A DNA stretch of 64,000 nucleotides, taken from the NCBI GenBank assembly GCA_041666945.1, contig JBAYFY010000004.1:6226-70225 (forward strand). The letters run 5' to 3'. Under the pieces are notes generated by a model. The model was not told the origin of the DNA and did no database searches. It saw nothing but the letters and a program-made list of their open reading frames with translations. Source of the stretch: Candidatus Buchananbacteria bacterium (GTDB lineage Bacteria > Patescibacteriota > Patescibacteriia > 2-01-FULL-39-33). Positions 1 to 9,117 of this stretch are shown here, in pieces. Every line of letters begins with the position of its first letter. Position 1 is the stretch's first letter. Position numbers and translations under genes: made by a program.

Positions 1-26
1 AGTTATTAGTATGCAAATTCCGCTAT

Positions 27-60
27 CGCCCCGGGGCTTGCCCGGGGCTATATTTTATTT
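27..60 (+). terminator. GC hairpin (GCCCCGG-loop-CCGGGGC) followed by T-rich tract; likely rho-independent terminator of an upstream + strand gene outside the window
   Basis: Inverted repeat gccccgg/ccggggc at ~27-48 followed by tatattttattt. Confidence 0.4.
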
Positions 61-125
61 ACTTATTACTTATTACTTATTACTTATTTCTTGTTACTTG
101 TTTCTTGTTACCTGTTACCTCTTTC
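59..125. repeat. Degenerate tandem heptamer repeat (TTACTTA/TTACTTG/TTTCTTG/TTACCTG) x ~9, overlapping 3' end of rlmN
   Basis: Period-7 repetition read directly: ttactta ttactta ttactta ttactta tttcttg ttacttg tttcttg ttacctg ttacctc. Confidence 0.8.
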
Positions 126-1143
126 TTTTCCCCGCCAACTGACCGCAAGCGCCGGCAATATCTCCGCCCAAGGACTTGCGAATAGTCGTTTCAATGCCGG
201 AACGATTTAGAATCGCCTTAAAATGTTTAATTTGTTCCGGCAGCGAGGCCTTAAACCGACGGCTGATCGCGCCGGAACGGGTAATGATCGGGTTATACGG
301 GATCAAATTAACCATGACTAATTTCTTTGGCAACTTTTCCAATAATTCAACCAATTCCTTGGCTTGCTGGTCGCTGTCATTAACGCCGTCAATCATTACA
401 TATTCAAACATTAATTTCCGGCCCTTTTCTTTCAGATAAAGCTTGAGCTGATGGAATAATTCTTCCAATTTATAGCTTGAAGCGATCGGCATTAATTCCC
501 GCCGCAACTCGTCATTTGGCGCGTGCAAAGAAATCGCCAAATTAATCTGCAAAGGATAATGAATGATGTTTTTTAGGCCTTCAATCAAACCGCAAGTGGA
601 GACGGAGATAGATCGCGCCGCCAAACCGAAACCGTCTTTATCATTAAGCAAGCCAATCGCCGCCGCGACGTTCTGCCAATTCAAAAGCGGCTCACCCATG
701 CCCATAAACACCACATTATCTATCTTTTTGTTTTCAAGTTTAAGTTGGCGGGCAAAGTAAATCACCTGTTCAGTGATTTCTTCTGTCGTCAGATTGCGTT
801 CAAATCCTCCTTGGCCGGTAGCGCAAAACAGGCAGCCCAAAGGACAGCCGACCTGGGAAGAAACGCAAACCGTATAACGGCCGTCTGCGTTATAAAGCAA
901 TACTGTTTCAATCAAGGCGCCATCGGATAATTTAATCAGCGCCTTGCGGCTTAAACCGCTTGCCGTTTCCGTGGCGTTGATTCCCAAAGGGCAGTCATCC
1001 TTCAGTTTTTGTTTTAAAGCGGCAGGCAGATTAGTGGCTTCATCCCAATCGCCGATTAATTTCAAATACACCGCTTGCTTGATTTGCTTCAAGCGATAAG
1101 CGGGTTGATTGGCTAATATTTTGTTTAGGGCTGATAAATCCAT
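115..1143 (-). CDS. rlmN: 23S rRNA (adenine2503-C2)-methyltransferase RlmN, radical SAM (alternative start at 1167)
   Basis: CPLGCLFCATGQ radical-SAM CxxxCxxC motif, GxGEPL, C-terminal Cys; overall RlmN/Cfr architecture. Confidence 0.85.
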   Translation of the reverse strand: MDLSALNKILANQPAYRLKQIKQAVYLKLIGDWDEATNLPAALKQKLKDDCPLGINATETASGLSRKALIKLSDGALIETVLLYNADGRYTVCVSSQVGCPLGCLFCATGQGGFERNLTTEEITEQVIYFARQLKLENKKIDNVVFMGMGEPLLNWQNVAAAIGLLNDKDGFGLAARSISVSTCGLIEGLKNIIHYPLQINLAISLHAPNDELRRELMPIASSYKLEELFHQLKLYLKEKGRKLMFEYVMIDGVNDSDQQAKELVELLEKLPKKLVMVNLIPYNPIITRSGAISRRFKASLPEQIKHFKAILNRSGIETTIRKSLGGDIAGACGQLAGKRKR

Positions 1144-1180
1144 AGCGATGCAAAAAGTCCCGCGCAAGGCGGGAGCTTTT

Positions 1181-1444
1181 TTATTTCATCAAAGAATTTA
1201 ATTTCTTCATCAACTTTGATTTCTTGCGGGCGGCGGCATTCTTGGCAATGATTTTTTTGCCGGCGGCCTTGTCAATCGCCTTAATGGCGGCTTTGACCTT
1301 GTCTGCGGCTTGCTTTTCTTTGGCCGCGATCATTTTCTGCGAGTCCTTGACCAAATCCTTAATGGCGTGTTGGACTTTGTAATTTCTTAAGGCGCGTTTG
1401 GCGCTTTGGCGCAAGGCCTTGGCGGCGCTTTTTTTATTAGGCAT
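1181..1444 (-). CDS. rpsT: 30S ribosomal protein S20
   Basis: 87 aa, Lys/Ala-rich, N-terminal MPNKKSAAKALRQSAKRALRN typical of bS20. Confidence 0.85.
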   Translation of the reverse strand: MPNKKSAAKALRQSAKRALRNYKVQHAIKDLVKDSQKMIAAKEKQAADKVKAAIKAIDKAAGKKIIAKNAAARKKSKLMKKLNSLMK

Positions 1445-1583
1445 ATTGATTTAGTTTATAGCTTACGGCTGACGGCTTATAGTCGATAATTACAGGCCTC
1501 AACAACCCTAAGTGACTGAAAATTATTAATTAATTTTATTGGAGTTTGAGATAATAATAACATCCAAAAGCAGAAAAGTCAAA

Positions 1584-1666
1584 TGCCGAGGGGGAGAATC
1601 GAACTCCCATGGGACAAGCCCACATGCTCCTAAGGCATGCGTGTCTACCAATTTCACCACCTCGGC
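1584..1666 (-). tRNA. tRNA-Leu (anticodon TAG), type II long variable arm
   Basis: Reverse complement GCCGAGGTGGTGAAATTGGTAGACACGCATGCCTTAGGAGCATGT...GGGAGTTCGATTCTCCCCCTCGGCA folds as cloverleaf; anticodon loop CTTAGGA; T-loop GTTCGATTC. Confidence 0.85.
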
Positions 1667-1903
1667 GGAAATTGATTGAATTATAGCATTTAAAACGGAA
1701 AAAATCAACCCTCCGGCGCCGCCAGCCGGGACTTGACAAAATTAAAAAAGAGGCGTAAAATAATAAATCAAATCAACCGACGATTCGGCCCCTTAAACCG
1801 GACTTGCATTAATCCCAAAACCATTGACTCCGGCATCCCTTTCGGTTAAACTTTAATTGTTTGCGGCAAATCTTGCATTCTTCACTAAAAAACACTTAAA
1901 AAT

Positions 1904-3124
1904 ATGAAAAAACTCATTATTGCAATCATCTGCGGCGCCGGCCTGCTTGCTGTTTCTCAATCAGCTTGGGCCTATACCGCCACTGAAGGCAGTTTAATCA
2001 AAACCAGCAATAACCCGGCCGTTTATTACATTGACGACAGTGGTTATCGCCACCTTTTTCCCAACCAAGCGGTTTTTTTCAGTTGGTACAAAGGTTCCTG
2101 GAGCGACCAATACATCACTGTTGTGACCGCTAACGAATTGTTGCAAATTCCGGCGGGAAAAAACGTAACAGTCAAACCGGGCTACGCCCTGATCCATTTT
2201 GACAACAGCTTAAGAATGTACGCCGTTCTGCCCGGCGGCAGATTATGCCGCGCTCCGGCCCATTACAATAATTACCAATACAATCGCGCCCTGATTCTTC
2301 CGGCCGGCTTTGAAAGCGATTACGACAACGACGGCTCCTGCGATATTACCGAAAATCAAAAACTGCCCGACGGCACGCTGTTAAGATACGCCGGATCCAA
2401 TGAGGTTTATTACATTCAGAACAGCCAAAAAAGACACGTAACCGAGGCCGGATTTAACGCCAATAATTTCCGTTGGGATTCAGTGATTGAAAACGTCAGC
2501 GCCTCCATGTATTACCCCGACGGCGGAACCATTTCCTCTCGTGAAGACAATATTTACAGCATTAATTATAATTTAGGCAGCAATTACCGCAACAGTTACA
2601 ATTACAGTTGCAGTGAAAATTGGACTTGCTACGCCTGGAGCGCCTGTTCCAACGGTTCGCAACACCGCAACTGCTTGGACAGCAACAGCTGCGGCACGAC
2701 TTACAACAAGCCGGCTACTTCCCAGGCCTGCTACACTTGCAATGAAAATTGGACCTGCAGTTCCTGGTCCTCCTGCTCTTACGGCAAACAATATCGCACC
2801 TGCTGGGACAACAACAGTTGCGGCACCACGGTCAGCAAACCTGTCACTTCCCAAACCTGCCACACCTGCAATGAAAGCTGGACCTGCAATTCCTGGTCAA
2901 CTTGTTCATCCAATAATCAATATAGAAATTGCTGGGACAACAACAGTTGCGGCACGACTTACAACAAGCCGGCCACTTCCCAAACCTGCTACAGTTGCAA
3001 CGAAAGCTGGAGCTGCACTTCCTGGAGCGTCTGCTCCAACGGCGTGAAATACAGGGAATGCTTGGACACCAATCGTTGCGGCACGACAGCCGGCAAACCG
3101 CTTGAATCACAAACCTGCTATTAA
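1904..3124 (+). CDS. Secreted protein with N-terminal signal peptide, two ~90-aa YYI-type repeats and 4-5 tandem ~41-aa six-cysteine modules (C-NE(N/S)W-C-SWS-C-S-G-YR-C-D-NSCGTT-KP-TSQ-CY-C)
   Basis: Signal peptide MKKLIIAIICGAGLLAVSQSAWA; tandem Cys modules obvious in translation and as ~123-bp DNA periodicity 2570-3120. Confidence 0.75.
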   Translation: MKKLIIAIICGAGLLAVSQSAWAYTATEGSLIKTSNNPAVYYIDDSGYRHLFPNQAVFFSWYKGSWSDQYITVVTANELLQIPAGKNVTVKPGYALIHFDNSLRMYAVLPGGRLCRAPAHYNNYQYNRALILPAGFESDYDNDGSCDITENQKLPDGTLLRYAGSNEVYYIQNSQKRHVTEAGFNANNFRWDSVIENVSASMYYPDGGTISSREDNIYSINYNLGSNYRNSYNYSCSENWTCYAWSACSNGSQHRNCLDSNSCGTTYNKPATSQACYTCNENWTCSSWSSCSYGKQYRTCWDNNSCGTTVSKPVTSQTCHTCNESWTCNSWSTCSSNNQYRNCWDNNSCGTTYNKPATSQTCYSCNESWSCTSWSVCSNGVKYRECLDTNRCGTTAGKPLESQTCY

Positions 3125-3219
3125 TTCCGAATCTAACGGTAAACCAACCAAGAGAAAGCCCGGTGTTTAGCCGGAGCTTTTTCTTTTAGCGGTTTTAATG
3201 CTAAAATGAAATCACTTAT

Positions 3220-4308
3220 ATGAAATATATTTTTATTTTGGGCAATAATCCGGAACTGTCCGCGGCGGAAATCAAGGCCGTCCTGCCTCAAGCAAAAATC
3301 CTCAAGCAAAATCAATATTTTTTAGCGGCGGATCATCCCCGAATTGATTGTTCGGAATTAATGAAGCGCCTGGGCGGAACCATTAAGATCGGCTTGGTCT
3401 TGGGCGATCGGCCGGAAGCCGAGCCGATAATGGCTTCGGCCATGTCCAAAGTCAACGGCCGTTTTAATTTCGGCTTAAGTTTTTACGGCCGCAAACCTGA
3501 TAACTGGGGATTGAACGTCAAAAAACAACTGAAAGAGCAGGGTATTGCTTCTCGCTTAGTGACCAGCCGCGAACCGGCTTTGTCTGCCGTGATTGTCACC
3601 AAAGAAAAATGCCAAGATTACATCATTGCTCCGGGCTTTTTCGCCTCAACCTGCGCCGTGCAGGATTTTAAGGAATTCGGCAAACGCGACTTCGGCCGGC
3701 CGGCGGCTGACGCTTATTCGGGCATGTTGCCGCCTAAAGCCGCCAAGATGATGCTTAATCTTAGCGGGGCCAAGCCGGCTGATACTATCCTGGATCCGTT
3801 CTGCGGCTCCGGCACCATTCTCTCCGAAGCCCTGGCCATGGGCTACGCCAATTTAATCGGCACGGACCTGTCAGAGAAAGCGGTCAGCGACAGCAAAAAA
3901 AATCTGCAGTGGCTGGCTGAAGAATTGGCGATTAAAAATCATGGGATAAGGATTGAAAAACTTGACGTCAGGGAGCTGTCAAAAATTTTCAACAACATTG
4001 ATGCTATTGTCACCGAGCCGTATTTGGGCAAACCCATCAGGGGCAATGAGAATGCCGAGCAAATAAACTCAATCATCGCTGAATTATCCGATTTATACTT
4101 AAGCGCGTTCCAGCAATTCAAAAAAATCTTGGCCAAAAGCGGCAAAATCGTCATAATCTTTCCCGAATGGCATTTGCATGACAAAATCTACCGCTTGAAC
4201 ATCAGCGAGCGCGTCTCTCGTCTCGGCTTTAAGCGCTTAGACGGCGGGAATTTGTATTATAAACGCGAAGATCAAAAAGTTTGGCGCAACATAACCATCT
4301 GGCAATAA
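3220..4308 (+). CDS. Putative RNA (guanine-N2) methyltransferase, Trm11/RlmL-like class I SAM MTase
   Basis: DFGRP...GMLPPKAAKMMLNL and LDPFCGSGTILSEA motifs characteristic of Trm11/RlmL/UPF0020 N2-G methyltransferases. Confidence 0.6.
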   Translation: MKYIFILGNNPELSAAEIKAVLPQAKILKQNQYFLAADHPRIDCSELMKRLGGTIKIGLVLGDRPEAEPIMASAMSKVNGRFNFGLSFYGRKPDNWGLNVKKQLKEQGIASRLVTSREPALSAVIVTKEKCQDYIIAPGFFASTCAVQDFKEFGKRDFGRPAADAYSGMLPPKAAKMMLNLSGAKPADTILDPFCGSGTILSEALAMGYANLIGTDLSEKAVSDSKKNLQWLAEELAIKNHGIRIEKLDVRELSKIFNNIDAIVTEPYLGKPIRGNENAEQINSIIAELSDLYLSAFQQFKKILAKSGKIVIIFPEWHLHDKIYRLNISERVSRLGFKRLDGGNLYYKREDQKVWRNITIWQ

Positions 4309-4337
4309 CTTGAGCTGTCGTTCCTGGTTTTTATCCT

Positions 4338-4697
4338 CTTCATCATTCCCGCATACCCTGCCTACCGGCAGACAGGGGCGGGAATCCATTATTTATGGTT
4401 TTTAACTTCTTGGATCACCGCCTGCGCGGGGATGACGAAAACTGGATCCCCGCCTACGCGGGGATGACGAAGCGGTAAATGCTATCGCGGGAATGACGAA
4501 AACTGGATCCCCGCCTACGCGGGGATGACGAAGCGGTAAATGCTATCGCGGGAATGACGAAGCAGTAAGTGCTATAAATTTGAATCCCCGCCTGCGCGGG
4601 GATGACGAGTTGGATCCCCGCCTACGCGGGGATGACGAAGCGGTAAATGCTATCGCGGGAATGACGAGTTGGATCCACTCCTACGCGGGGATGACGG
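4338..4697. repeat. Palindromic repeat locus 1: long nested palindrome (attcccgc-ccctgcct.ccgg.agacaggg-gcgggaat) followed by a tandem/higher-order array of GGATCCCCGCCT(A/G)CGCGGGGATGACGA units with alternating short (5-6 nt) and long (~23-29 nt) linkers
   Basis: Read directly; same family as loci at 48236, 56181, 61671 (reverse-complement orientation); linkers are not unique, so not CRISPR. Confidence 0.85.
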
Positions 4698-4713
4698 TAA
4701 AAAAATTATTGAA

Positions 4714-5193
4714 ATGATAAAAATGTTTAATAAGTTAAACTATTTGCGTAGCAATAGAATCACGCAAGTAAAGTTGCCTATCTCCGCCGCGGCTCAAGAA
4801 TTGTCCGCGGCGCTTTTGGTCGCCACCGATTATGGGCAACGGCAACAACTGGGCGAATCATTGTTGGATGAACTTTGCGATGCGGCCAATATGGACATCG
4901 TCCATCTGACAATCAATGACACCAACCAAAAACATCGCCGCCGCAACGGCCGGATCGTCATGAAACGCTACGGCCTATACAAAGTCCGCGATCACGCCAT
5001 CTGTATAGAAAACCGCACGGCCGCGCGCGGACAAATAATTTCGGCCAAAAGCTTCTTAGACACTCTCTTGCATGAATGGTTGCACCACTACGACACTCTG
5101 AAATTAAAATTAAATTCCATCCATTCCAGCGGCTTTTATAGCCGGCTTAATGACTTAAAGGAAAAATTACGCATACCAAAAAAGAGTCAATAA
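4714..5193 (+). CDS. Hypothetical protein with HExxH motif (LLHEWLHHYD), possible SprT/zinc-metallopeptidase-like fold; start at 4714 or 4723 (upstream part of ORF 4669 is repeat-derived)
   Basis: ORF 4669-5193; first 15 codons lie inside the palindromic repeat array; HEWLH motif. Confidence 0.5.
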   Translation: MIKMFNKLNYLRSNRITQVKLPISAAAQELSAALLVATDYGQRQQLGESLLDELCDAANMDIVHLTINDTNQKHRRRNGRIVMKRYGLYKVRDHAICIENRTAARGQIISAKSFLDTLLHEWLHHYDTLKLKLNSIHSSGFYSRLNDLKEKLRIPKKSQ

Positions 5194-5243
5194 CGGCTCT
5201 TTTTTGTTTAATTTTAAACATTTTATGGTTGTCTGTAATCATC

Positions 5244-5272
5244 TTGACAAAAATTTGAGTATGTGATATAAT
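5244..5272 (+). promoter_or_regulatory. Sigma70-type promoter TTGACA-N17-TATAAT with extended -10 (TGTGATATAAT)
   Basis: cttgacaaaaatttgagtatgtgatataat ~80 nt upstream of CDS 5351. Confidence 0.55.
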
Positions 5273-5350
5273 TGATTATTGACTTAGATCAGTTATGAGT
5301 CATAACGGACATTACAAAATTATCACGTAACAATACCGGAGGGATTAGGG

Positions 5351-5914
5351 ATGGAAACCGTCAGGCATTTTTTAGGATTTATGGCAGGAGTACTATTCAT
5401 AATAGGACTCGTGCCTTACGGCAGGGCCATTATTAAGGGCGAGACAAAGCCATCAAAAACATCTTGGATTATTTGGTTTTCTATTGATCTGCTGGCCTTT
5501 GGCGGCATGATTGCTGCCGATACGCTTAACGGCCAAATGATCGGCGTAATCTTAGGCGCCGGATTAATCCTGTTATTAACTCTCATCTACGGGGAAAACA
5601 AATGGACTAAACTGGATAAATTCTGTTTATTCGGCGCAACCGTTGGATTGGCTCTGTGGCTATTGTTTGATAATCCTCTTTTGGCGATTATAATCAGCGC
5701 TATTATTGGTATAATAGGATCAATTCCCACCTTTGTTTTTGCCTGGCGGGATCCAAGTCGAGAGAACAAGCTGGCCTGGACAATTTTCTGGCTATCTTGC
5801 GTTTGTGCCGTATCGGCCATCCCGCATCTGACTGCCGCTGATATTATCCAGCCGGTTAGCTTTCTCTTGATTGAATCGATAATGATGTTTATCTTGTACT
5901 TCAAAAAGGCCTGA
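5351..5914 (+). CDS. Hypothetical polytopic membrane protein (~6 TM)
   Basis: 187 aa, hydrophobic helices throughout; consensus promoter upstream. Confidence 0.7.
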   Translation: METVRHFLGFMAGVLFIIGLVPYGRAIIKGETKPSKTSWIIWFSIDLLAFGGMIAADTLNGQMIGVILGAGLILLLTLIYGENKWTKLDKFCLFGATVGLALWLLFDNPLLAIIISAIIGIIGSIPTFVFAWRDPSRENKLAWTIFWLSCVCAVSAIPHLTAADIIQPVSFLLIESIMMFILYFKKA

Positions 5915-5933
5915 AACAGGAGGACAAATCGCC

Positions 5934-6434
5934 ATGAAATCTTATGAATCTGATAGGGTAAATAGTGTAGTTATTTTTGTCTTTGCCGTTTTAAGCGGCA
6001 TCATATTTTTTGCCTTTGGGACGGGGTTTCTTGCATCATTGTTACTCGCCATGCTATTTGCGGTGGTCGGATTTGCCATGCTTGTCTACCTTAATCAAAG
6101 CCAAGTACGGCCGAAAAATGACAGGCAAGATTCGGCATATCCTATCAGGCCATCCGATATTAATGCCACAAGACATCTATTTGATGCTTTCGGACATTAC
6201 GAAACGGAAATTTCAGCCGTATTACTGGTAGGACTGGCTCAAGAAAACGGTGATTGGCGCGATTTTACCAAAGCGGAAATCGATGAATTCAGCGGGCAGG
6301 ATTTCTATTTCAACCGGCTGACGTCCAGTGGAAAACCACCGATCAAAAAAAATGGTGACGGCACTTTTTCCTTTACTCATGAATTTATCGCCAGATGCTT
6401 TCAGGTGTCACCGGCCAATAACCAGGTAATTTAG
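5934..6434 (+). CDS. Hypothetical membrane-anchored protein (2 N-terminal TM helices + soluble domain)
   Basis: RBS-like aggaggacaaatcgccATG; hydrophobic N-terminus. Confidence 0.6.
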   Translation: MKSYESDRVNSVVIFVFAVLSGIIFFAFGTGFLASLLLAMLFAVVGFAMLVYLNQSQVRPKNDRQDSAYPIRPSDINATRHLFDAFGHYETEISAVLLVGLAQENGDWRDFTKAEIDEFSGQDFYFNRLTSSGKPPIKKNGDGTFSFTHEFIARCFQVSPANNQVI

Positions 6435-6530
6435 TAATGCACAAACACATCCCCGCGAGGTTTTCCTTGCGGGGATGATTTATTTTTAAAAATAATGAAT
6501 ATAAAAAAACCGGCTTAACGCCGGAATTTT

Positions 6531-7769
6531 TTATTTTCTTTTTACCTTTACAAATTGCCTCCGTCCTCGTTGCAACAATAATCCGTCAGCCGGTATGGCC
6601 GTTTCAAATTCATGATGCGCTACTATTTGATCGTCAATTTTCAACGCTTTCTCTTTGATCAGCCGTCGGGCCTCACTGGACGAGGCGACCAGCCCCGCCT
6701 GCAAAAACAAATCAGTCACGCCGGTCTTGCCTTTCGCCTCCACTATAATTTCCGGCATTTCCGCCGGTTTTTCTTTTTCCTGCACCACCCGCTTGAAGTA
6801 TTCCCGGCCCCGATCAGCCGCATGTTTTCCCAAATAAATCTCCACGATATTATAAGCCAAATCCATCTTGGCATCGCGAGGATTAACGGCTCCTGATTTC
6901 AATTTAGCCGCCACGTCTTGGACCAATTCCATCGGCACATCAGTCAGTATCTCCAAGGCCGGCGCGATCATCCCGTCGGTCCAACTCATCACCTTGCCGA
7001 ACATATCCTCGGGACTGTCAGTCAAGGCAATCATATTGCCTTCGGTCTTGCCCATCTTTTTTCCTGTCGGATCGGCCAAAAGCTTCAAGGTCAGCACGCA
7101 TTTGTCTTTATTTTTCATTTTTTTCATCAACGTCCGGCCGGCCAGCATGTTAAACATCTGATCATTGCCGCCGATTTCCAAATCCACGTCCAGGGCCACG
7201 CTGTCATACGCCTGCATCAGAGGATACATGAATTCATTGAGATACAAATCCTTGCCCTCGGCCATTCTTTTTTGGAACATATCGCGCGCCAGCATTTGTT
7301 GGGCGGTAAAATAAGAAGTCAGTTGAATGATCTGGGAGAATCTCAACCGTGACAGCCAAGAATAATTATTCTTGAAAGCGGTTTTTTTAACATCAATCAG
7401 ATTAACGATTTGTTTTTTCCAACCGCGCATATTGCCGTTGACCTGCGCGGCGGTCAGCGCCTTGCGCGCCTGGGCTTTATCCGTCGGATCGCCGATCATA
7501 GCGGTAAAACCGCCGAACAAAAAAATCACTTCGTGGCCCAAACGCTGGAACTGCGCCAATTTGCGGATGGCAATGGCGTTACCCAAATGCAAAGAGGCGG
7601 CGGTCGGATCAAAACCGCAATACAAACGGATTTTTTTACCGGATAAAAGCAACTTTCTCAAGGTCTCCTTGTCGGGGAAAACTTGCTCTACCCCGCGCGT
7701 CAAAACATCGTCAATTATTTTTTTATCGGCGATAACTTTAGCGCGCCGGTATTTGATTAAATGCCTCAT
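6531..7769 (-). CDS. tyrS: Tyrosine--tRNA ligase
   Basis: HIGH-type motif HLGN, KMSKS-type KMGKT, GFDPTA, C-terminal S4-like domain. Confidence 0.9.
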   Translation of the reverse strand: MRHLIKYRRAKVIADKKIIDDVLTRGVEQVFPDKETLRKLLLSGKKIRLYCGFDPTAASLHLGNAIAIRKLAQFQRLGHEVIFLFGGFTAMIGDPTDKAQARKALTAAQVNGNMRGWKKQIVNLIDVKKTAFKNNYSWLSRLRFSQIIQLTSYFTAQQMLARDMFQKRMAEGKDLYLNEFMYPLMQAYDSVALDVDLEIGGNDQMFNMLAGRTLMKKMKNKDKCVLTLKLLADPTGKKMGKTEGNMIALTDSPEDMFGKVMSWTDGMIAPALEILTDVPMELVQDVAAKLKSGAVNPRDAKMDLAYNIVEIYLGKHAADRGREYFKRVVQEKEKPAEMPEIIVEAKGKTGVTDLFLQAGLVASSSEARRLIKEKALKIDDQIVAHHEFETAIPADGLLLQRGRRQFVKVKRK

Positions 7770-7770
7770 A

Positions 7771-8721
7771 TTATTTTTTTACGCCCCAATCGGGAGTCGC
7801 CACTTTGCCTTTTTTGGCAGCTAAGTATTTATAAGCGGACAAAGCGGCTTTAGCGCCCTCGCCGGCGGCAATCGTCATTTGTTTGAATCCCACATCCGTG
7901 CAATCGCCGGCGGCAAATATTCCGGGCTGGCTGGTAGCTCCGACTTTATCGGTAATAATTTCCTTACGCTCGTTTAATTTGACCGTATCCTTGATCCAAT
8001 CGGTTCTGGGACTAAAACCGATTTCCACAAAAATACCGTCCACCGCCAATTCTTTCTCTTCATTAGTTTGCAAATCGTTATATTTAAGACCGGCAACCTT
8101 GTCAGAACCGACGACTGCCGTTACTTTCAAGCCGCAAATCACCTGTACATTCTTGAGCGCCTTAACCTCTTCCACCAAAGCCGCATCAGCCGCCGCATTG
8201 CAGGAATCGGACAACAAATAAACCTGCCTAACCAAGCGGGAAAGATACTCGGCGGCTTCTGACGCCGAATTGCCGCCGCCTATTACCGCCACGGTCTTGT
8301 TCTTAAACAACGGACCGTCGCAAGTGGCGCAATAGGACACGCCGCGGCCGGTCAATTCCTTTTCCTGCGGTACGCCCAAATCGCGCGGCGTTAAGCCGAA
8401 AGCCAAAATTACCGCTGCCGCCTGATATTCGGTTTGCGCGGTCTTTACGATAAAGACGCCGGAATTTTCCGTGACGCTTTGGACCTCGTCAGAGACAAAC
8501 TCAACACCCCATTTTTCCGCTTGAACTTTCATCCTCTGCGTCAATTCCAAACCGGTCGTGGACTCGGTGCCCGGCCAATTCTGCACTTCGTGCGCCAAAG
8601 CGGCTTGGCCGCCGACAGCTTTGGCAATCACCAACACTTTTAACTCGCGTCGGCGCGCGTAAATTGACGCGGTCAGGCCCGCCGGTCCGCCGCCGATTAT
8701 AATGACATCATAATTAGACAT
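7771..8721 (-). CDS. trxB: Thioredoxin-disulfide reductase
   Basis: GGGPAG FAD motif, redox-active CATC, second GGGNSA NADPH motif; 316 aa. Confidence 0.9.
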   Translation of the reverse strand: MSNYDVIIIGGGPAGLTASIYARRRELKVLVIAKAVGGQAALAHEVQNWPGTESTTGLELTQRMKVQAEKWGVEFVSDEVQSVTENSGVFIVKTAQTEYQAAAVILAFGLTPRDLGVPQEKELTGRGVSYCATCDGPLFKNKTVAVIGGGNSASEAAEYLSRLVRQVYLLSDSCNAAADAALVEEVKALKNVQVICGLKVTAVVGSDKVAGLKYNDLQTNEEKELAVDGIFVEIGFSPRTDWIKDTVKLNERKEIITDKVGATSQPGIFAAGDCTDVGFKQMTIAAGEGAKAALSAYKYLAAKKGKVATPDWGVKK

Positions 8722-9034
8722 ATTTTTCTATTTCCGCTTTAAGCTGTTCTTTGCCCTGCAAACCCATCATTGTGCTTTTGATTTCTCCGCCCTTAAAAAT
8801 AATCAGGGTCGGCACGGACATGATATTATATTTGCCGGCCGTTTCCGGATTGGCATCAACATCCATGGCGCCCACCTTGGCTTTAGCGCCTATTTCTTTG
8901 GCTAATTCTTCAATAATCGGGCCCTGCATCTTGCACGGACCGCACCAAGTGGCAAAAAAATCGACCAGTACGACCTGATCGCTTTTTAGCGCTTCGGCCT
9001 CAAAATTGGCATCGGTAAAAGTCATTTCTGACAT
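8714..9034 (-). CDS. trxA: Thioredoxin
   Basis: WCGPCK active site; start taken at internal MSEMTF (ORF extends to 9121). Confidence 0.85.
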   Translation of the reverse strand: MSEMTFTDANFEAEALKSDQVVLVDFFATWCGPCKMQGPIIEELAKEIGAKAKVGAMDVDANPETAGKYNIMSVPTLIIFKGGEIKSTMMGLQGKEQLKAEIEKYV

Positions 9035-9117
9035 AAAATTAAAATTATTAATGAATAACCGGCTTCGTCTAACGGCCTCGCCGTTTATCTTGGGCGGGTT
9101 GAACAGGGTGAATCTTA

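Noticed and set aside
1526-1739. ORFs 1526-1708 and 1536-1739 on minus strand
   Set aside because: Overlap the tRNA-Leu gene; they are read-through of a structured RNA gene, not coding.
2573-3110. ORFs 2573-2863(-), 2613-3047(+), 2844-3110(-)
   Set aside because: Alternative frames or antisense of the Cys-module repeat region of gene 1904-3124; low-complexity Ala/Gly/Thr translations.
4338-4697. Possible CRISPR array (also the 61671-62099 array)
   Set aside because: Linkers alternate between 5 nt and about 23-29 nt and the long linkers are repeated identically, so they are not unique spacers; no cas genes in window; the repeat units are strong palindromes typical of REP/MITE-like elements.
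6918-7352. + strand 144-aa ORF (His/Gln-rich) and others inside tyrS
   Set aside because: Antisense to tyrS.
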